Part shown: in pieces, positions 38,831-45,065 of the stretch
How positions within the stretch are numbered: the first letter of the stretch is position 1
Layout of the letters: each line of letters begins with the position of its first letter
DNA from: Octopus bimaculoides
Lineage: Eukaryota
Assembly (NCBI RefSeq): GCF_001194135.2
Contig: NC_068982.1
Location: forward strand, 160,697,100-160,742,164
Reading direction: 5' to 3'
Length of the DNA stretch: 45,065 nt
Translations under genes and position numbers: made by a program
Notes under the pieces: model-generated
Database searches by the model: none
Told to the model about the DNA's origin: nothing
What the model saw: the letters and a program-made list of their open reading frames with translations, nothing else

Positions 38831-39351
38831 NNNNNNNNNNNNNNNNNNNNNNNNNNNNNNNNNNNNNNNNNNNNNNNNNNNNNNNNNNNNNNNNNNNNNN
38901 NNNNNNNNNNNNNNNNNNNNNNNNNNNNNNNNNNNNNNNNNNNNNNNNNNNNNNNNNNNNNNNNNNNNNNNNNNNNNNNNNNNNNNNNNNNNNNNNNNNN
39001 NNNNNNNNNNNNNNNNNNNNNNNNNNNNNNNNNNNNNNNNNNNNNNNNNNNNNNNNNNNNNNNNNNNNNNNNNNNNNNNNNNNNNNNNNNNNNNNNNNNN
39101 NNNNNNNNNNNNNNNNNNNNNNNNNNNNNNNNNNNNNNNNNNNNNNNNNNNNNNNNNNNNNNNNNNNNNNNNNNNNNNNNNNNNNNNNNNNNNNNNNNNN
39201 NNNNNNNNNNNNNNNNNNNNNNNNNNNNNNNNNNNNNNNNNNNNNNNNNNNNNNNNNNNNNNNNNNNNNNNNNNNNNNNNNNNNNNNNNNNNNNNNNNNN
39301 NNNNNNNNNNNNNNNNNNNNNNNNNNNNNNNNNNNNNNNNNNNNNNNNNNN
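38831..39351. other. Assembly gap (N run)
   Basis: N run. Confidence 1.
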
Positions 39352-39487
39352 AAAGGCATTTTGTAGATGTGTTGCTTGTCTTCAAATTTTATTCACCAAA
39401 TCTCTTGATTTTGTTTTGGGTTTTTACCCTACCAAATTCTGGTGCCTCAAACATTTTAAGTACCACATTTAATCTTTTGATTAAATC

Positions 39488-39503
39488 TATATTATTATTA
39501 TTA

Positions 39504-39593
<90 letters not shown>
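39488..39593. repeat. (ATT)n microsatellite
   Basis: Directly visible; it explains the poly-L and poly-I ORFs. Confidence 0.95.
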
Positions 39594-39598
<5 letters not shown>

Positions 39599-40226
39599 GT
39601 ATGTATGTATGTATGTATATACATATACAAATTACATATGTATATGTGTGAGTGTGTGCTTGTGTGTGTGTCTCCTTTCACTGACATAGAGGTTCAAATG
39701 AAATGGAAGAAGGCATTGACTTACAATACCAACATGGTTCAGACTAGGGATAACGTGTTTTCACAAAAGCTTATAATCTGGTTTCCAAAAGGGAATAAAT
39801 ATTGCACAAGTCTTCTGATCATGGTAGATATGTAAATGACATATTTATCCATGAATTATACTTTAGATATCACTATGTGCAATATAGTTTTGAAAACATA
39901 CTTCATGAAAAATACTTAGTATTCATATATAGTCATATAACTAGTAAACAATACAGCAGAAAGCAGAATCACTACAGAGTCGGAAAATGTTTTGCAGTAT
40001 TTGTCTGGCTCTTTATGGTATGGCATCGAGCCCAGAGAGCGTCGAATTTGATACAATACATGAAGTAAAACAATGAGTTGATTTTACAGTCTTTCAGTCT
40101 GTACCTATATACGATTTTTTTGTATGATCCACATTCAGGTTCAGTTACTCTCCCAGCTGTGCTTCAACGATAGATGAACTAAGATACTAGTAGGTATACA
40201 CGATTATCTGTGGCACACGTATTATA

Positions 40227-41089
40227 CGCGGTCTGATCAATAAGTATCCGGACTGTTGCCATAGTAGCTAAGTTAAAGTACGCAGGATGAAGCCGCTTGG
40301 CACAGATTGACCTTGAACTCTACTGTGCATTCTAGCTCACTTCCACTGTTCACAGCAGTTCTTGGAAGGAAGGTGTGTAACGTGTGATCGTCGCATTGAC
40401 CACGACAAAGTTGAGCAGAGAATCTGCATCAAATTTTGACAAAAGCTTGGCAGTACCTGCCCAGAAGCCTATGCACAGTTTTCAAAAAGTTTTCATCGTT
40501 CTCGACGCAATCAAGGAGATCTTGCGCAACTGAAACCCGAGTGATCTTTGGTCAGCTGAAAGTAGTTTTACCACAAACTTGGAAGACACGCGTCTCCTAC
40601 CCAAATATTCAATGATAATGGACTCAGCTGAACCGCAACTAATCTGCACATGTTCCGATAACTCACGGATGGTGATTCGACATTTTCCCCTCACAGCTGC
40701 ATGCACAACTGCGACGTTTTTTTCCAGTTTTTCTGGTTGCGTGTCTCCCAGAAAGTTCGTCAATATAGACATTTTTTCTGCCATCTTGGAAATGTCTAAC
40801 CCCCTCCTACACTTGTGTACGGCTCGTACACTTCTCTCCATACACTTTCTACAACTTTGTGTAGGCCTCTGAGCAGGTATCGCCATGACAACTTTCTCTG
40901 TCATGGTCAATGCGAAGAACACACGCTTAACACTTTCCTTCCAAGCACTGCTGTAAACAGCGGCAGTGACCTAGAGCGTTAAAACTTAGTGCGCATGTAC
41001 AGCAGAGTTCAAGGTCAATTTCTGCCAAGCAGCTTGCCTCAGCTTCGTTACTATGGCAACAGTCCAGATAATTATTGATCAGACCTAAG
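40227..41089 (-). mobile_element. Non-autonomous mariner derivative with two inverted 5' ends
   Basis: TIRs GGTCTGATCAATAA(g/t)TATC(c/t)GGACTGTTGCCATAGTA, TA flanks; minus ORF ITIRELSEHVQISCGSAESII..LGRRRVSSKFVVKLLSADQ (mariner HTH); plus-strand VEQRICIKF*QKLG..EAY is also the transposase N-terminus. Confidence 0.9.
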
Positions 41090-41560
41090 TATATGGATGT
41101 ATGTGTCTATGTTTCGGTGGTGTATATGTGATTATAAGAATGTTTCCCAAATATCGTTTATCTTTTATCTTTTACTTGTTCAAGTTATTATATTCCGGTC
41201 AAGCTGGAGTACCGCCTTGAGAGAAATGATTAGCCGTTGATATACATGTTCTGTGTAATCTTGGTCGGCAATCTTTCCCCGGTTAACTATCATGTATGAG
41301 CATTTATCTTGCTTAAAATCCATTCCTATATCTCCTGATAATGCTGAGAGTAGTTCTAATAGTCTCTGATGCTCGTTACATAATCAGAATATATATTTAG
41401 GCTGTCAACAAAAAAAATGTGCAAGTGATTTTAATTTTATTCTTTTCTGTATATCCAAACATGTAGCCTTAGCATTTTGTTAACAGAGCTGAGAGGGGAT
41501 TCATATTATCAGTATCTATGCATACATGCATGCATGTATGCATGCATGTATGCATGTATG

Positions 41561-41594
<34 letters not shown>

Positions 41595-41745
41595 ATATGC
41601 AAGCCGGGGATGTCCTATAATCGTTGATTACTTCAAAAACGTATAAGTTTGTGAGCAACAACTAAAACCATGTAGCAACTAAGAAACCTATAGTAGCTTT
41701 TTATTGTTGCAATGCTCACATTATCACGACTGACACCGAATTTAC

Positions 41746-41916
41746 TACAGTTCAATATTTAAGAGATGAGGAATTATGTACATTATTTACATTATTTACA
41801 TTTGATGGGTATTTTAGCCCTAAAATTCACTCCATAATTGCCCACGGGCTTATGGCGTAGTGGTTAAGAGCGCGGACTACTAATCCCAAGATTCCGAGTT
41901 TGATTCCAGTCAGTGA

Positions 41917-41961
<45 letters not shown>

Positions 41962-42111
41962 CAACAACAACATCGAAAAATACCTTAAGAAAGAGAACCC
42001 AGGTTCGAAATTTCCCCAAGACACCTCATGAAGGCTGGAGAGTACATCAGCCGAAACGTTGTTAACAACAAACAATATGAGGAAAAATATCCATCAAATG
42101 TAAATAATGTA
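41746..42111 (+). mobile_element. Composite tRNA-headed SINE-like element with a hammerhead motif and an inverted 3'-tail copy upstream
   Basis: tRNA-like head 41846-41920 (A box TGGCGTAGTGG, B box GAGTTTGATTCC), (AAT)n(AAC)n, second B-box-like AGGTTCGAAAT, hammerhead 42020-42063, tail 42084-42111 matching 41788-41815 inverted at 27/28. Confidence 0.75.
42020..42063 (+). ncRNA. Degenerate minimal type I hammerhead ribozyme
   Basis: GACAC-CTCATGA-A-GGCTG-(10-nt loop)-CAGCC-GAAA-CGTT-GTT: perfect 5-bp stem II, palindromic AACGTT stem III. Core G5->C and stem I weak in this copy. Confidence 0.65.
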
Positions 42112-42676
42112 TTAAAATTACTGTAGACCAGCAAACTTCTACAAATAAAATATAACAATTGAGCTTACATCTGTATAAAGATAATCAACTGTGACTCCAT
42201 ATGTATTTATGTATATAGTTAAAATTTAGATGGTACCCCATGCAGACGTATCCATGTTTTCATATAAATTAATACCACGCAATGGACACAATGAATAAAT
42301 AATCTTCGTCCTCAAGGGAAAAAAATTATGTTCATTCTGTTATTCTATAATTTGAATTCATGTATATAAGTTATTTTCATTCTTCTAAAAACGCTTCTTA
42401 TTTCATTTGATGTTTGTATAAGATGCTTTGTACCATTTCTTTTCTTTAGCTTTGCAATGATAATATATTGTGACAAGTAAAACATAATTTACTGTTTAAA
42501 ATCACAAATCGAATTAGTGAATTTTCATAAAGACATAGAGTTATAAATATTTGTGTGTGTGCGTCCAAGTGTGTATACGTATTCGTATAGTTGCATATAT
42601 ATATACATACATATATATAGAGAGAGACAGAGAAGGAGAGGGGGAGAAAGAGAGAGAGAGAGACACACACACACAC

Positions 42677-42760
<84 letters not shown>

Positions 42761-43439
42761 GTAAATATGTATATACATACATAATATATACGTATACACA
42801 CATGCACACGCGCGCACAAATATTTATATATACATATGTCTTTATGAAAATTCACAGTAAATTAGTAATAAGGAATATGTAGCAGAGACAATGAGTTGGT
42901 ATTATTATTTTTAGTACTTTCTCATTTCAGTTTATCATTTTTTTTTCTTTTTAATCTTTTTTCATTAATATGTTTACATTAAAAGCCATCTGCTACTGTA
43001 ATCATGTACTCCAAAACTACATACTTTTGGGTAGATGGTCTCGGCCTAATGTCTGGATGTGGAATGCACACTGATGGAACAAAAGAAAACAAGACCTGAT
43101 TAAAATGGATGATGATATCAGCCAGAAATAAAAAAAGAACATCTATCAGATCTATAAATGAGGCGGGGTGATAATTGAGCTTTCGAATATAGTATCCCTC
43201 AATTTCTTCACAAACCCGGTACAGAGTTGTCTCACCCTGAGATTCTGGCCTTATCTTTTCTCAAAAACAAAGAGAGATTGGCGAAGGAAGTACCTGGTAA
43301 ATCCGAGGACCAACTAAGTTGCGTACTTTCAGTCCTATTTAGGACTATCATCACTTCATCTTCCGCATTGTTGGGAACGATGTTTATGTTTGTATATGCG
43401 TGTGCGTGTGTGTGTGTATATATGTGACCCCTTTGTCCA

Positions 43440-43630
43440 GCATTCGCCATGATAGATCGCTAGCCAGTACACATTCTTTATTTTCTCTCCCTGTTTCTTT
43501 CTGTGGAAGAGCGTAGGCTCAAAACGTGAAAGACTTTTTCACTTCCCGAGCGTTAAACTAATACATATATTTGTTGTCTACACCACCTGTCTTCGTCTTG
43601 GTTTTTTTTTTTTTTTGTGAATTCTCCCTA
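43440..43630 (+). repeat. Dispersed repeat, probably a Penelope pseudo-LTR, containing a hammerhead-like motif
   Basis: The 3' part is homologous to 11699-11798; contains the 43496-43533 motif. Confidence 0.6.
43496..43533 (+). ncRNA. Variant minimal hammerhead-like motif
   Basis: TCTTT-CTGTGGA-A-GAGC-GTAG-GCTC-AAAA-C-GT-G-AAAGA: stems I and II perfect; core deviates (A6->U, G12->A, H17=G). Confidence 0.5.
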
Positions 43631-43639
43631 TATATATCT

Positions 43640-44500
43640 TGAATAAAGTTAAAACATGGTCTGGTTTTCACGTTTTATATTATGGTATTTTAAAAACATA
43701 AATTTTATTACAATGTTGAAGTATGTTAAACATGAAAAAAAAAATCTTGTAATGTTCATAAAGCTAAAATGGCGCTTTCATACGGTCGTAGTAATCATCA
43801 GATTTCAAAATGTATTTAACTGACAGTTGAGTTCTTGACAACTGTTGTAAAATGACTAACTTCTTCCTTTTTGTATCTCTTACCAGGCTCCAACAAGCTG
43901 AATTTTCACCAATCCGCATGCAGCCTAAACGTTACGATTTGCCCGGCGAACCGATATTACTGTCATAGATCCCGCCTTTATTTTAATCAATTAGATTGCC
44001 GTTTGCATGTAATAGTTTTATAAGTGAGCAAACTTAGTTGATTTCAATGGTTTTTATTTCAACTGGCGGCAGTCTTCTGCAATTTGTTTATATTCATATG
44101 TTAAAGATATTTTTTAATCCATATCATTAACTGGTTGTTATATTATTGTTGTTCTTGCCGTTCAGCGCAAGCTTGGACATTTTAATAAACCGTTTTTCTT
44201 TTATCTTTCTTCCAACGTCCTTGTCTCATACAGTTTGTGGAAAGGAAAAATTACAATCATTTTCTGACCACATGTTTCTATATGTTCACTCAATAAAATG
44301 TGGCGAACATTAGTGTTCTGGATATGTTTTCTATGGACTCGTGAGCGTTCCGATAATGAATTCCCTGTCTCGCAAATATATAATTCCTCAGAATTCAGGC
44401 ATTTAATGCAGTTGATCAAATTTCTGCTTTTGCAGTTCAAATCTGCATTTGCGAAAATCTTTCCATTTTTTGTTCTAATGGATCTACCAATATGCATGTA
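43640..44500 (-). mobile_element. Penelope-like 3' fragment (GIY-YIG plus 3' pseudo-LTR)
   Basis: NLINCIKCLNSEELYICETGNSLSERSRVHRKHI..LLSEHIETCG..IFPFHKL; ORF end EKRFIKMSKLALN; hammerhead-like motif ~350 nt downstream on the same strand. Confidence 0.85.
43764..43808 (-). ncRNA. Degenerate minimal type I hammerhead ribozyme
   Basis: Minus strand TTGAAAT-CTGATGA-TTACTACGACCGTAT-GAAA-GCGC-C-ATTTTAG: intact CUGAUGA and GAAA, 7-bp stem I with two G.U pairs, palindromic GCGC. U16.1 missing and stem II eroded. Confidence 0.6.
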
Positions 44501-44733
44501 ATGTTTTCATTAATCGGTTAAATGGAGCCGCTGGAAACAGACGTAATGCATTGATGCCTGGATATCTTTGTTACTTATTTACAGTCTGTATTGAATATCA
44601 ATACTCCGTGTAGGGGTGTTTGTACGTGATATTCCTACCGGGTGTGCACACAACGTGTGTACCGTAATGAACTGACACTGGCACATTTTTGTTACTCATT
44701 TATGTATATATGTGTGTGGTGTGTGTGCGTGTC

Positions 44734-44783
<50 letters not shown>

Positions 44784-44886
44784 TGTGTGTCTGTGTCTGT
44801 GTGAGAAGAGTAGGATAGAAAGAGGGTATACAGTGGAAAAGAGAAGGAAAGGTATAGAAAGTAATTTACATATAGTTATATATATA

Positions 44887-45065
44887 GGCGTAGGTGTGAC
44901 TGTGTGGTAAGACCCTTTACTTCACAACCCCATGGTTTTGGGTTCGGTTTCACTGTGTGACCCTTTGGGCAAGTGTCTTCTACTATAGCCTTGGACCGAC
45001 GAAGGTTTTGTAAGTGGAATTGATAGACGGAAACTGAAAGAAGCCCGTGGTGTATGTATATATAT
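44887..45065 (+). mobile_element. tRNA-derived SINE, 5' part (runs off the window)
   Basis: ggcgtagg..gtgtggtaag (A box), gggttcggtttc (B box), gggcaagtgtcttctactatagcc..gacggaaactgaaagaagcccg. Same family as 11891-12260. Confidence 0.85.

Overview
AT-rich, microsatellite-dense animal genomic scaffold with N-gaps. The repeat families resemble octopus (coleoid cephalopod) repeats as I remember them; this assignment is inferred, not verified. No intact host protein-coding gene is recognisable; there are only a few weak minus-strand exon candidates. The window is mostly decayed mobile elements: four Penelope-like (RT + GIY-YIG) fragments, an internally deleted Ty3/Gypsy element with two LTRs, a hAT MITE with a perfect 8-bp TSD nested in a long inverted repeat, a deleted pogo-like element (HTH + PHD), a mariner derivative made of two 5' ends, an RTE LINE fragment and several tRNA-derived SINEs. 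The most interesting signal is four minimal type I hammerhead-ribozyme-like motifs, all with core deviations. One of them sits inside a composite tRNA-headed SINE-like element that also carries a Penelope-style inverted copy of its own 3' tail, which suggests a non-coding Pol III ribozyme retroelement mobilised by Penelope-like elements. Also noted: a possible inversion of the Gypsy interior with a split primer-binding site, and a box C/D snoRNA candidate.
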